From the UHGV virus genome UHGV-0175150: DNA of 21,403 nt; one strand, written 5' to 3'. Of the stretch, positions 1-9,603 are shown piece after piece (the stretch's first letter is position 1; each line of letters starts with the position of its first letter). Position numbers and translations under genes: made by a program. Below the pieces are notes generated by a model. The model was given only the letters and a program-made list of their open reading frames with translations, did no database searches and was not told the DNA's origin. The DNA comes from a virus.

Positions 1-740
1 AGATCAGCATCAAGCGGCATTTCGCCATTGTTTTTCATAAACGTCAGGCTGGTAACGCCAACATTGTCCAGAAAAGCGTCCTTATCTGGAATATCGCCAC
101 CGTTCTGGTCTTTCTGCAGACGTTTCTCAGCATTGTCATAGGCTGCTTTTACTGCCTTTGGCGTTGCAGCCTGCTTTTCACTGGTGCTGTTTGTTGCACT
201 GCTTAACTGAGTAAAACCTTTTTCTGTCAGCGTGGCGTCAGGATGGCGGCGGGACTGCTCATGCTCTGCGATTTTGTCATCGACATAATCCTGCGTCGCC
301 ATCACCGTGCTGGCATCAATACTCAGTTCAACGGACGCCACGTTGCTGAGAATAATAACCATGCGACAGGTCTGCGCACGCCCGGAGCCTTCAGCCAGTT
401 CTGGCTTATAGCTTTCTGCCATGTTGGATACCGCAATCAGTGTTCCGGCATCGTCATACAGACCAAGCTCACGCATCCAGAAGCCGCCCACTTCGGGCGG
501 TACAACCAGTTCAGCCACGATATAGTTTTTATTCTTATTATCCACGCTGACTTTATTCAGAGCGTGACGCCAGACCTCATGCACCAGTTTCGTCTGACCG
601 GCATCCGGCACCGGCAATTTGCCATTACCGTCACCCACGGCCATTGCAGACAGGTTTACTTTTTTCCCGCCGGGGACAGTGGCGGCTGCCAGCTTTGCGG
701 CTCCGGCAGTAGTGATAACGGTTTTAAATTTCGTGCTCAT
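1..740 (-). CDS. H: Tail fiber protein gpH, N-terminal part (gene runs past the window start)
   Basis: ATG at 738..740 on the minus strand; translation begins MSTKFKTVITTAGAAKLAAA, matching the P2 gpH N-terminus from memory. Plus-strand ORFs 243..770 and 619..1248 in the track are antisense to this gene. Confidence 0.85.
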   Translation of the reverse strand, partial: MSTKFKTVITTAGAAKLAAATVPGGKKVNLSAMAVGDGNGKLPVPDAGQTKLVHEVWRHALNKVSVDNKNKNYIVAELVVPPEVGGFWMRELGLYDDAGTLIAVSNMAESYKPELAEGSGRAQTCRMVIILSNVASVELSIDASTVMATQDYVDDKIAEHEQSRRHPDATLTEKGFTQLSSATNSTSEKQAATPKAVKAAYDNAEKRLQKDQNGGDIPDKDAFLDNVGVTSLTFMKNNGEMPLDAD

Positions 741-750
741 TGTTTCTCAC

Positions 751-1278
751 TTATCCGGGATAAACAGTAATAACATCACCATCACAGACCACACCGCCTG
801 TATACAGATAGCCGGGAATGTCCTGGATAATGTTCAGGCCGATAAGGTGACGACTTGCGGGTTTGGCATCAGCAATCAGCCGTTCCATTTCCAGATACAT
901 CTCCTCCGTGATGCCGCTTTCCAGCACACCGATATCAAGGCGAAAGGTGCCGGGCGGGTCGTTTGTCTCCCACCATTCCTTTACGTTAATGAGATAGCCG
1001 AGCGGCTCCACCACACGCCGGATTGCGCCGACAGTGCCTTTATGACAGTGGATGAAATAGGCATCGCGGATAACGGCGCGTTTTGTCGCTTCCGGCCACT
1101 TTTCATCCCACCTGTCGACCGAAAACGCCCACGCCAGCCACGGCAGCAGATTTGCCGGACAGGTGTCCGGGTTCCACAGTTCACGAATACTGACCGGCGT
1201 TTTTTCAATTTCCGCACAGGCTTTTGCGGCAGCAATTTCAAGCGGTGATGAGCCGGTCGGCAGCAGGCGCTCACTCAT
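751..1278 (-). CDS. I: Baseplate protein gpI
   Basis: 175-aa ORF; MSERLLPTGSSPLEIAAA... is near-identical to the remembered P2 gpI; sits between J and H as in P2. Confidence 0.9.
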   Translation of the reverse strand: MSERLLPTGSSPLEIAAAKACAEIEKTPVSIRELWNPDTCPANLLPWLAWAFSVDRWDEKWPEATKRAVIRDAYFIHCHKGTVGAIRRVVEPLGYLINVKEWWETNDPPGTFRLDIGVLESGITEEMYLEMERLIADAKPASRHLIGLNIIQDIPGYLYTGGVVCDGDVITVYPG

Positions 1279-2179
1279 CCGAGCCTCCGGTCACGACGCG
1301 GTATTCGGTACAGAAAGACGCCTGCGTACTGTTGAGCACAATGTCGGCCAGCGGTGCAGCCAGTTCGACACGCTGCACGCCTTCCACATGCAAAGCGGCA
1401 TAAATGGCAGACAGACGGATGTCGCGCCCCAGCCGGTGCTGTGCCGTGATGTACGCTTCCAGTTTTTTCACGGCGGCAGCGCGGATGGGTTCGCTTTCGG
1501 GACCAGGGTAAAGGTAAAGCGTGGCGTTTATCTGGTATTCAACGATGGCGGCAGACTGTACGGTCACGCGGTCGGCCACCGGTCTGACGTCCTCGCCATT
1601 CAGGGCGTTACGCACCACAGCCAGCAGGTCTTCGGATGCGACACCGTTATTTTCACGTGACAGCACAGAGATGGTGACACAGGCCGGAGACGGACTGGTG
1701 ACAGAGATATCCGCAACACGCCCGTCAGCACTGCGTCCATGATACTGATAGGCACCCACCGACCCGGCGACGCTTAAGCCCTCAAACGCCTGCTGAATAC
1801 GCAGACGGTAATCGGTGTCAGACTCCATCACTTCCGGTGTCGGCGGGATGGTCGAATCATCTGCCGGGGTGATAGTCAGGCGCGTGGTGTTGTAATTGGC
1901 ACCAATCACATCAAGGTCATTACCGGCGGCACAGGCCAGCATCACCGCCCGTGCGGCCTCATTCACACGCTGACGCCAGATAAGCTCACGATAAGCATTC
2001 TCCTCCAGCAGTTTGACGAGAGGCTCAGATTCCAGCGTCAGGGTACGGGCGACCGCCTCCTGCTGGTCTTCCGGGTAAAGGGAAATCAGTGTCGCCTTGC
2101 GTTCGGCAAGAATGGTTTCAAAGTCCAGCTCCTCGACCACATCCGGTGCGGGTAGCTGGTTCAGGTCGATAATCGGCAT
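1271..2179 (-). CDS. J: Baseplate assembly protein gpJ
   Basis: 302-aa ORF, same length as P2 gpJ; synteny W-J-I; 8-nt overlap with the I start. Confidence 0.9.
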   Translation of the reverse strand: MPIIDLNQLPAPDVVEELDFETILAERKATLISLYPEDQQEAVARTLTLESEPLVKLLEENAYRELIWRQRVNEAARAVMLACAAGNDLDVIGANYNTTRLTITPADDSTIPPTPEVMESDTDYRLRIQQAFEGLSVAGSVGAYQYHGRSADGRVADISVTSPSPACVTISVLSRENNGVASEDLLAVVRNALNGEDVRPVADRVTVQSAAIVEYQINATLYLYPGPESEPIRAAAVKKLEAYITAQHRLGRDIRLSAIYAALHVEGVQRVELAAPLADIVLNSTQASFCTEYRVVTGGSDE

Positions 2180-2183
2180 GGTT

Positions 2184-2531
2184 TCAACTCACAGGGATGG
2201 TTAACGAAAGTGGCTGGCCGGTGTCGTTGTGCTGGCCGGTTAACGTAACTGTCATTCGCCCGTCAAAGCTGCGCGCCGTGGTGACGGATGACAGGGTGAC
2301 GCGGGGTTCCCATTTCAGCACCGCCATGTAACAGGCGACCTTAATCTGCAACTCAAGCGCCGGAGTCTGCGGCTGGTCAATCATTGACGCCAGCAACGAG
2401 CCGTAATCACGACGCATCACCCGCGAGCCGACCGGTGTGCGCAGGATATCGCCGATACTCTGGCTGATATGCTCAAGGTCAGTGACAGTCAGGCCATCAC
2501 TGCAATTCATTCCGAGATAACGCGCTGTCAT
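2184..2531 (-). CDS. W: Baseplate protein gpW
   Basis: 115-aa ORF, same length as P2 gpW; ATGA overlap with the V stop. Confidence 0.9.
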   Translation of the reverse strand: MTARYLGMNCSDGLTVTDLEHISQSIGDILRTPVGSRVMRRDYGSLLASMIDQPQTPALELQIKVACYMAVLKWEPRVTLSSVTTARSFDGRMTVTLTGQHNDTGQPLSLTIPVS

Positions 2532-3163
2532 AGAGGGCTCCCGGTTGTGCCGCCGCTGTCGCCGGGGTGTTTATGGGTATGCAGCACCTTACCGTTTGAT
2601 GAGAGTTCACCACCGGTGTGTTCAATGTTGCCGCGCATCGTCCCACCCTTCTGCACTTCCAGCGTGCCGGTAGTCAGTTTGTTAGTGCAGACCACCTCCG
2701 GTGTGTCCAGGGTGACGCGGGTTGATGCTTTCACCATGACCACCGGCACCGTGGCAGTAACAGAATCAGAAGCCGTCACGCTGGCCGTTTTAATTCCGCT
2801 TACCGTGAGTGCACTGGTTTCGGGTTCATACTCAATCACCGCCCCGTCAGGGAAACGGATATGCAGGGCATCCGCCGACGCAGACGGCGCGGGGTTATCG
2901 CCGGAATAAATCCCCGGCAGAACGAACGCCGTGTCGAGTTCACCGCCCACGGCCAGAATCAGCACCTGTTCCCCCACGGAAGGTGCCCACCATGTGCGCG
3001 AACGTCCGGCGCGATGGGTCAGCCACTGCAGCCAGTCGGTACACATGCCGCCGGTCTGCACACGGCAGCGACCGGCGTTAAGGTCGGTTTCGACGATAAC
3101 GCCGGTGCGAATCATGTTGCGCAGTGCGCGCGCGAGTTCCTGAATATTTGCGAGAGTGTTCAT
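2528..3163 (-). CDS. V: Baseplate spike/assembly protein gpV
   Basis: 211-aa ORF; MNTLANIQELARALRNMIRTG... matches the remembered P2 gpV in sequence and length. Confidence 0.9.
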   Translation of the reverse strand: MNTLANIQELARALRNMIRTGVIVETDLNAGRCRVQTGGMCTDWLQWLTHRAGRSRTWWAPSVGEQVLILAVGGELDTAFVLPGIYSGDNPAPSASADALHIRFPDGAVIEYEPETSALTVSGIKTASVTASDSVTATVPVVMVKASTRVTLDTPEVVCTNKLTTGTLEVQKGGTMRGNIEHTGGELSSNGKVLHTHKHPGDSGGTTGSPL

Positions 3164-3229
3164 AACGGGAAGGATGCCGCCGGGTCATACCGGCGGCAAT
3201 GTGACGATGAGGTGTCGGGAATGGCACAA

Positions 3230-3682
3230 CTAACGGTCGAGGTGAGCCAGGATAATCTCTTCAATCATCTGCACATCCTCACCGGTAAAGCCGAGCAGAG
3301 GACGCGCCGGATAATCAATTTTCTTACCGTCTTTCCGGTTTTCTTCCGACAGACCGAACTGATGCACGCTGGCGATTTTCGGTGACTTCCCGCCGTAAAA
3401 CTCCATTGATGCCTGTTCCGGGCTGGCGCGGATATGCAAAAAACGACTGGTGATAAGTTTCGCAAACATTTTTCGCTTAACACGACCGGTCTTTTTTCTG
3501 GCGCTCTGCTGCTGGCGTGGTGCGTAGGGTGTGCCGTCCGGGGCTTTCTGTGCCATCACCCGACGCTGCTGACTCTGACGCAGACGTTTCGCCAGTTCGG
3601 CACTCAGTCGCCGACGCCCTGACGGTGACAGCGATTCAATCAGTCCGGTCAGCCGGTCTTCAAAACGCTTAAACTCATTCAT
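3230..3682 (-). CDS. S: Tail completion protein gpS
   Basis: 150-aa ORF, same length as P2 gpS; position R-S-V. Confidence 0.88.
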   Translation of the reverse strand: MNEFKRFEDRLTGLIESLSPSGRRRLSAELAKRLRQSQQRRVMAQKAPDGTPYAPRQQQSARKKTGRVKRKMFAKLITSRFLHIRASPEQASMEFYGGKSPKIASVHQFGLSEENRKDGKKIDYPARPLLGFTGEDVQMIEEIILAHLDR

Positions 3683-4142
3683 CCCACTTGCTCACCAGTT
3701 CGCCATTGATATACAGCTCCATCGGGCGGGTGACCGGCTCCGGCGGCGGAGGTTCCGGGATATTCTTCACATGCAGCGCACCGTCAACCTCACTGACCAG
3801 CGTGCGCTCGGTCAGCATCAGGCTGATACTGATATCAAAGCTGCTGTCATTGTTGATGTCTGCATAAAACGTGAAGCCCTTTTTCTGGCCTTCGTCGGTG
3901 GTCATGATGTCGGGCTGATTTTCCCGCAGCCACGCCAGCACCGGCACGATGAGCAGGTCAAAATCACCGGTAAAGTCGGTCACAATGACATTGAGCGTGT
4001 AACGCTTTTCGAATGACAACGACGCCGCCAGTGTGGAGGCAATACTCCCGTTATCCACGAATATCCGCAGCATATCGGGGTTAGTTTTCAGCACCGTGAC
4101 GGCATCAGTCAGCGCCCTGCGCAGGCTGTCGGGTTTGAGCAT
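3675..4142 (-). CDS. R: Tail completion protein gpR
   Basis: 155-aa ORF, same length as P2 gpR; follows the lysis cassette as in P2. Confidence 0.88.
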   Translation of the reverse strand: MLKPDSLRRALTDAVTVLKTNPDMLRIFVDNGSIASTLAASLSFEKRYTLNVIVTDFTGDFDLLIVPVLAWLRENQPDIMTTDEGQKKGFTFYADINNDSSFDISISLMLTERTLVSEVDGALHVKNIPEPPPPEPVTRPMELYINGELVSKWDE

Positions 4143-4395
4143 CGTTTTCGTCCTGACAGTGTTTAATCATTTTTACCTGGCTGGCACAACGTGCCAGCGC
4201 GTTCTCAAGCTGCCGGATATCGGCACTTAAATCGCCGTTCGTCTCCGGGTCACTGCCCGGCATCGGGCAAAGGCTCACTTTCGGGCAGGCGTTGGCGACA
4301 ATCACTGGCGTCGGTGCAGGCGGGGCGCTGGTGCAACCGGCGCACAGCATCAGGCAGGTCAGCGCCATACCAGCGGCGAAAATCTTCGTTTTCAT
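4105..4395 (-). CDS. lysC: LysC, outer-membrane lipoprotein spanin (Rz1-like), embedded out of frame in the 3' end of lysB and running into the R start
   Basis: ATG at 4393..4395 gives a 96-aa product MKTKIFAAGMALTCLMLCAGCTSAPP... with a signal peptide and lipobox-like LCAGC; different frame from lysB; P2 LysC is also 96 aa. Confidence 0.7.
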   Translation of the reverse strand: MKTKIFAAGMALTCLMLCAGCTSAPPAPTPVIVANACPKVSLCPMPGSDPETNGDLSADIRQLENALARCASQVKMIKHCQDENDAQTRQPAQGAD

Positions 4396-4675
4396 TAAGT
4401 AACCTCGTGATGGTTTTCTCGCGCTGTGCTTCACGCTTCGCGGCGTTCTCCAGTTCCTGACGCAGTGCCACCTGCGCCAGCTCGTTTTTGTCTGCTCTGG
4501 TGAGGGCAACATGAAGCTGATTTTTCAGCATGGTGATGGTCACCTGCTGTTCACTGGCGACGTTGTTCACCCTGTCCAGCGAGGCGCGCAGGCTGGCGTT
4601 TTCATGCTTCGCCAGAAACAGCCCCGCCACCGCCAGTGATAACAACACAACCAGCACAATCATCAGTTTTGACAT
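4250..4675 (-). CDS. lysB: LysB, inner-membrane spanin (Rz-like)
   Basis: 141-aa ORF with an N-terminal TM segment (MSKLMIVLVVLLSLAVAGLFLA) and a coiled-coil-like remainder; length and position match P2 LysB. Confidence 0.85.
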   Translation of the reverse strand: MSKLMIVLVVLLSLAVAGLFLAKHENASLRASLDRVNNVASEQQVTITMLKNQLHVALTRADKNELAQVALRQELENAAKREAQREKTITRLLNENEDFRRWYGADLPDAVRRLHQRPACTDASDCRQRLPESEPLPDAGQ

Positions 4676-5088
4676 GGTTCCCGCCCCTCAAGACGCTGGC
4701 GGCAGGCCGTACGTATCAGCCGGAAAAACAGCGACGCCACAAGATAAATCAGCGCGGTAAAAATCCACCCGGCAGCAACCAGCGAGATAAATGTCGCCAC
4801 CATCACCACCAGAGCTACTGCCCGTCTGCGCCACGGCACCGGCTGCAAAAACAGCGACGTGACAATCTTCACGGCCAGCGATTCCGGCGGCAGCTCCCGT
4901 CCGTAGCGTTCCAGTACATACTCCGTGGCATACACCCCGACACCACCGGCAACCACACAGATAACCGTCGCCAGAATCGCCCAGGCAGCGACAAAATTGA
5001 CGGCCACGCTCTGCGGGTAAATCAGGGACAGTGCCAGCATCAGTGCCAGCGACACATTCAGCATCAGTGAAAGGGATAATTTCTTCAT
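4663..5088 (-). CDS. lysA: LysA, multi-TM lysis-timing membrane protein
   Basis: 141-aa hydrophobic ORF with several predicted TM helices, downstream of endolysin K as in P2. Confidence 0.8.
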   Translation of the reverse strand: MKKLSLSLMLNVSLALMLALSLIYPQSVAVNFVAAWAILATVICVVAGGVGVYATEYVLERYGRELPPESLAVKIVTSLFLQPVPWRRRAVALVVMVATFISLVAAGWIFTALIYLVASLFFRLIRTACRQRLEGREPCQN

Positions 5089-5102
5089 GGTGTTTACTCC
5101 GT

Positions 5103-5600
5103 TTAAGCCGGTACGCCGCCGGCGGTACGCCAGACGGTGACCAGTTTTTCCAGTGAATGCTCACGCTGACCGTAACCGGCACCCGGCAGGGACGCCCAGA
5201 TATTGCGACAGCGTGAAATGGCGCGCTCAATGCGTCCCGCCCGGATGTCATCCAGTGCACCGCGTTCGCGGATCAACTGAATGGCGAGCCTGTCCTGTGA
5301 CAACGGACTGAAATCCGGCAGGGCAAGCTGTTTGCGGTAATGCGGCCAGAACAGGTAAAGCTGCTGATAGCGACCGGAAGCCGTGGATTTTTCACCGCGA
5401 CGGTTAAACACCTTCGCCGGTCGGCCATGCGCGAACGGGTGGTCACTGTAGTCGGTGAATATTTCCGGCTTCCCGTCCAGTCCGGTGACTATCACGTCAT
5501 AGCCACGGTTTTTCGTCAGCGGATGATTCGCCGTCCCTTCGGATACCGCCAGCATGTCGAGAAAGGCGGCGATATTCTGATGCGTGTTAATTACCGGCAT
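5103..5600 (-). CDS. K: Endolysin gpK (lysozyme-like murein hydrolase)
   Basis: 165-aa ORF, same length as P2 gpK; start overlaps the Y stop by 1 nt. Confidence 0.9.
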   Translation of the reverse strand: MPVINTHQNIAAFLDMLAVSEGTANHPLTKNRGYDVIVTGLDGKPEIFTDYSDHPFAHGRPAKVFNRRGEKSTASGRYQQLYLFWPHYRKQLALPDFSPLSQDRLAIQLIRERGALDDIRAGRIERAISRCRNIWASLPGAGYGQREHSLEKLVTVWRTAGGVPA

Positions 5601-5881
5601 TACTGTTTCCCCCTGCCCTTAAAGCGACGCTGAATGGCAATCTCAATCACCTGATAACCGGCGATACCCAGCATGGAGCCGATGCCGCACACCGCAGGCA
5701 GTGACAGGTCAGGAAACTGCACCAGAACAACACCGGCAACCATCGAGACAAAACCACCGAGCAACATGCGTCCGATAAACAGACGCGGGGTGATGGGTTC
5801 ACCACCGGCAAGCACCTTGCCGACAACAATCAGCACCCCAATCATGAAAAGCGACAGGACGCTTTTTTCTTCTGCTGTCAT
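5600..5881 (-). CDS. Y: Holin gpY
   Basis: 93-aa ORF with hydrophobic TM segments; MTAEEKSVLSLFMIGVLIVVGK... matches the remembered P2 holin Y. Confidence 0.9.
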   Translation of the reverse strand: MTAEEKSVLSLFMIGVLIVVGKVLAGGEPITPRLFIGRMLLGGFVSMVAGVVLVQFPDLSLPAVCGIGSMLGIAGYQVIEIAIQRRFKGRGKQ

Positions 5882-5884
5882 GCG

Positions 5885-6088
5885 TTACTCCCACAGATTG
5901 ACAGTTTCAGCCACGGGCGCGGTCTGAACGTCGGGCAGTTCGACGGCGGTGCCGTGTGGCAGCACCGCACCCAGTTCAGCCAGTCCCGGATTTGCGGCGA
6001 GCACGGCTTCGACCACGCCCTCAGTGCGCCCGTAATACCGGACACAAATGGCGTCGAGCGTGTCGCCCTGTAGCGCAAAGGTCTTCAT
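5885..6088 (-). CDS. X: Tail protein gpX
   Basis: ATG at 6086..6088 gives 67 aa (MKTFALQGDTLDAICVRYYGRTEG...), matching P2 gpX; the longer ORF in the track (to 6157) is an upstream extension. ATGA overlap with the L stop. Confidence 0.85.
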   Translation of the reverse strand: MKTFALQGDTLDAICVRYYGRTEGVVEAVLAANPGLAELGAVLPHGTAVELPDVQTAPVAETVNLWE

Positions 6089-6597
6089 CAGATTTGACTC
6101 ACGATGCAGCGCGGCTTGTCCTGGATACGCGCCACCGCCCAGCGCATATCCCGCCACAGCTCATCAATGGTGCTGTCAATGCTGTCAGCCTTCTTGTCGC
6201 CTTTCGCACTGGCATCCACGCCGCGATAACGCTCATAAAGCGACGCGGTCGCCATCGCACACACGGCGCGCTCGTAGTAAAAAACTTTGATGCTTTCACC
6301 GTCGATATCGTCCGCCGGGACGTCCGCCAGACGCGTAAAACCGGCGGCAATTTTCTGTTCGCGGTACTCGTACAGCTCCGCATTCGTCTCCGCCATGCCT
6401 GACTTGATGGCCTCACGCAGACGGGCGGGGGCGACGGTCTGCTCAAGGCGCATACGTTCCCGGACGCGCTTCGGGTCGATATCGGGGAAAAAGAACGTGT
6501 TTTTAATCACCGGCTCGTCGCCTGCCGGTTGCGGGATGACCACCGTACCCTCACCGGACACGGGAGCCTCCTTTCGCGGAATAATCAGCGTCATCAT
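6088..6597 (-). CDS. L: Capsid completion protein gpL
   Basis: Start taken at ATG 6595..6597 (MMTLIIPRK...) giving 169 aa, the P2 gpL length; the track ORF extends 20 codons further upstream. Confidence 0.85.
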   Translation of the reverse strand: MMTLIIPRKEAPVSGEGTVVIPQPAGDEPVIKNTFFFPDIDPKRVRERMRLEQTVAPARLREAIKSGMAETNAELYEYREQKIAAGFTRLADVPADDIDGESIKVFYYERAVCAMATASLYERYRGVDASAKGDKKADSIDSTIDELWRDMRWAVARIQDKPRCIVSQI

Positions 6598-6696
6598 GAC
6601 TACCTCTGAAAAGTCGGGCGGTGGACGCCGGTGCAGTGTCAGGTGATTCACCCTCACAGACCGGCGTGCCGCCCTGGCGCGGGGCGCATTCGGTTG

Positions 6697-7440
6697 TTAA
6701 CTGGCTTTCTTTTTCGGGCGTCCACGTTTTGCCGGTGTCGCACTCCGGGTCTTACGCGTGGCACGGGTGGCCGCTTTGGGTTGCGGCTCCGGCTTCGGTT
6801 TCAGCTCCCGCTCCAGTCGTTCAATCTCTTTTTTGACGCCTGCCTGACAGTCGAGCTGTGTCGCACGTTGCAGGTGCGCCAGCGCCCCTGCGGCATCACC
6901 ACCGTCACGCAGAAACAGACCGGTGATTTTGTGCAGCTTTGCGCGCACTTCATCAGGCATGTCAGCCGTGGCGGTCAGTTCTAGGGTGTCCGTCAGCAGG
7001 CGGGTATCCACAGACTCACCGGCAGCGTGAGCGCGCATGGCCGCGAGTGCCACTTCCTCGGTGAACATGTACGGCGGGGTGCGGCGGTGTTTACCCGGCA
7101 TGGTCAGACCGTACTTCAGGGCATAACGGGCAATCTCCAGCGCACCGGCAATATCGCCGGTATCCAGACGCCACAGCATGACCGTCATCAGAATGTCATC
7201 CTGTGCGCCTTTGCCCTGCTCCAGCACGCCGTTCACCCACGGCAACCAGAACGGCAGCAGTTCGCGCTTTTTCGCGGCCTTCAGCTCTTTTGAATAAATC
7301 GCTTTCAGTGTGCGCTGGTCTGCGGCCAGCTTGACCAGCATCTGCTCATAGACAGTTGCATGTCGCAGCGGGGCGGCTTCCCGCTGCGCGGTCATCGCTG
7401 CCGAGACCCGCATCATGTGGCGCTGTGCGGGACTCGTCAT
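6697..7440 (-). CDS. M: Terminase small (endonuclease) subunit gpM
   Basis: 247-aa ORF, same length as P2 gpM; basic C-terminal tail; follows N. Confidence 0.9.
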   Translation of the reverse strand: MTSPAQRHMMRVSAAMTAQREAAPLRHATVYEQMLVKLAADQRTLKAIYSKELKAAKKRELLPFWLPWVNGVLEQGKGAQDDILMTVMLWRLDTGDIAGALEIARYALKYGLTMPGKHRRTPPYMFTEEVALAAMRAHAAGESVDTRLLTDTLELTATADMPDEVRAKLHKITGLFLRDGGDAAGALAHLQRATQLDCQAGVKKEIERLERELKPKPEPQPKAATRATRKTRSATPAKRGRPKKKAS

Positions 7441-7443
7441 CGG

Positions 7444-8517
7444 TTACGCTCCCGGCTCTGCGGTCGCCTTAGCCGATGTGGAGAAATCACCGACCTTAAT
7501 TTTTTCCACCAGACAACCGGCGGCGTAGTCTTCCACCACGTAATCAATGTTCATTGACTCGTAGTTCTCCACGCGGTCGAGTTTCGGGTTTTCCTCAATC
7601 ACGCGACGATGGCTGTCATCCATGTAGTAGATGGACAGGTTTTCCAGCTTCGTGATGAGCATCGCATCCGCCGGGAAGTACGGGACGCGTACCGCCGGCA
7701 GGTTACCGATGCGTTTCTGGCTGATGATGACGTCAGCGGCCAGCATTTCGCTGTTGTCCTGCTCCTTGTTAACGATGGGGAAATACTTGTCCGCCAGTAA
7801 CTGACGTCCCACTATCACCACAAGGTCAGGGTCTTCCTGATACCACGGCTCAATCAGGTTGTTGGTCGCATCCATCACCAGTGCATCAAGGCTGGCATAA
7901 TCACCGCCCTTACCCACGCGGATGACCTCAGAGGTCGTGTGACCTTCCTCGTCAGTGACCTTGCTCATCACGCGCGCCGGGGCTTCATTGCGGTATTTCT
8001 GCAGCCAGCCGACCGCCACATCCTGCAGCATCGGATTGCTGCTGCGGTCAGAGGTTTCGGCACGCTTCACGCCGTTAAAACCGGCCATGATGAAATCAAG
8101 GGACTGGCGTTTGATAATGGCGTTACGGATACGGAGCTGGAAATCCTGATAACGCGCCCACAGGTCCAGCGTTTTGTAGCGGATATAAAAATCGAAGTTA
8201 ATCTGGTCGCATTCGTACTTGTTTGACGCCAGCTTCGAGAAGTCCTTCGGCTGACGCTCGGTGCCACCGGCGGTGTCGGTGGTGCTGGCGATGGAGCCGG
8301 TGACACCAATACCAATTTTTTCCCCTTTCATTTCGCTGACCGGCACAATGTTGATGCGGGTCAGAAAATCAGAGGACTCCTGCATGGTGTTCATCAGGGT
8401 CTGGGTGACCGACGGTTCAACGGTGAATTTTTTCGACACATCACCGGCGTCGATGCCGTTCAGTTCGGCAACACGGGACAGATAGGCATTAAATTTAAAG
8501 CGGGTTTCCTGGCGCAT
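7444..8517 (-). CDS. N: Major capsid protein gpN
   Basis: 357-aa ORF, same length as the P2 major capsid precursor; synteny O-N-M. Confidence 0.92.
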   Translation of the reverse strand: MRQETRFKFNAYLSRVAELNGIDAGDVSKKFTVEPSVTQTLMNTMQESSDFLTRINIVPVSEMKGEKIGIGVTGSIASTTDTAGGTERQPKDFSKLASNKYECDQINFDFYIRYKTLDLWARYQDFQLRIRNAIIKRQSLDFIMAGFNGVKRAETSDRSSNPMLQDVAVGWLQKYRNEAPARVMSKVTDEEGHTTSEVIRVGKGGDYASLDALVMDATNNLIEPWYQEDPDLVVIVGRQLLADKYFPIVNKEQDNSEMLAADVIISQKRIGNLPAVRVPYFPADAMLITKLENLSIYYMDDSHRRVIEENPKLDRVENYESMNIDYVVEDYAAGCLVEKIKVGDFSTSAKATAEPGA

Positions 8518-8575
8518 AGTTTTTCCTGAAATTAAGGGTTAATCGTGAAGGTTTTCCCGGACTGACTGACGCCGG

Positions 8576-9430
8576 TCAGCAGTTCGTCTTCAGGGCGTCA
8601 CCGCCACCGCCGGTGGCCTTGCTGCGGCGCTGCTGGGTCAGACTTTCGGTGTGGTCGAGGCTTTTTTTCAGGCGGGTGAATGCCTGGCTGGTTTCATCCG
8701 CCCTGTCAGTCACCTCCTGCTTAAGTGCGGAAAAGGCGGTTTCCATCTCAGCGAGGCGCTGCTCAGTGGCGCTCAGTTTTTCCTGCACATGTTCAGCGAC
8801 AGCGGTCACCGCTTCATGCACGTCATTCAGACGGGCGTCATCGCTGGCCTGTTTGCGGCCAAAAATGGATTTCACCTTTTCGGTCAGGGCTGTGAACACG
8901 GTTTCAGGCAGGTCTTCAAATTCCAGCTCAACAGGCGTTGCCACTGAAATCAGGTTTTCAGGGCTTAATTTGAAGCGGTTCAGGGGGTTGTGTTTTGCCG
9001 TGCGGCAGAATTCCAGGTATTCCGTACCGAGGCTTGCCGGGTCATCGGTGACGGCCAGCCCCACCAGATAACATTTGCCGGTGTTGGCAAAGTTCGGCTG
9101 AATTTCCATTGAGGTGTAGACCTTCTGCGCGGCCTTGTTCATCGCGATAAGGTCATCGGTCGGGGTGATTTTCGCAAACAGCGCCCATTTGCCTTTCAGC
9201 GCCGAATCATCGTCAATCTTTTCGGCCTTCAGTTCGGCCACATCGCCATAACGTTTAAAAATGCCGTCAGGCAGGATGCCGCGCAGATGTTCCAGGTTAA
9301 TACGGCAACCATAGACTCGCGGGTCAAAGGTTTCGGCCATTTCCTGAATATCCTGCGCACTGATGACACGCCCGTCACAGGTGTCACCCTCAACGCCGAT
9401 ACGAAAGAATTTTGAGACTTTTTTTGCCAT
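8576..9430 (-). CDS. O: Capsid scaffolding protein gpO
   Basis: Start taken at ATG 9428..9430 (MAKKVSKFFRIGVEGD...) giving 284 aa, the P2 gpO length; the track ORF extends 22 codons upstream. Confidence 0.9.
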   Translation of the reverse strand: MAKKVSKFFRIGVEGDTCDGRVISAQDIQEMAETFDPRVYGCRINLEHLRGILPDGIFKRYGDVAELKAEKIDDDSALKGKWALFAKITPTDDLIAMNKAAQKVYTSMEIQPNFANTGKCYLVGLAVTDDPASLGTEYLEFCRTAKHNPLNRFKLSPENLISVATPVELEFEDLPETVFTALTEKVKSIFGRKQASDDARLNDVHEAVTAVAEHVQEKLSATEQRLAEMETAFSALKQEVTDRADETSQAFTRLKKSLDHTESLTQQRRSKATGGGGDALKTNC

Positions 9431-9603
9431 TGTCAGGAGTCCTGAATAGTGATTAGAGGAGTCACATGTCGGCATCAGTTTCCCGACGATGCGCATCCTC
9501 CGCCATCAGTCCCGGATGGCTTATCACTGACACAACAGCACCTTAGCGAATCGCGGGGCGCGACTCAGTAGCCTTGCCGTGTATTCATCACGGCGAGGTA
9601 TTC
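9431..9603. promoter_or_regulatory. Divergent intergenic region between O (leftward) and P (rightward), expected to hold the two Ogr-dependent late promoters
   Basis: 173-bp non-coding gap between divergent late operons; contains a partial dyad (TGTCGG ... CCGACG around 9467..9488). Exact promoter elements not resolved by eye. Confidence 0.4.

Noticed and set aside
243-1660. Plus-strand ORFs 243..770, 619..1248 and 1163..1660
   Set aside because: They lie antisense to the well-supported tail genes H, I and J and have no recognisable motifs or ribosome-binding sites; they are artefacts of GC-rich coding sequence read on the opposite strand.
2469-3385. Several plus-strand ORFs (2469..2909, 2861..3385, 2809..3081) rich in Arg, Pro and Ser
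   Set aside because: Antisense to V, W and S; composition typical of GC-rich antisense reading frames.
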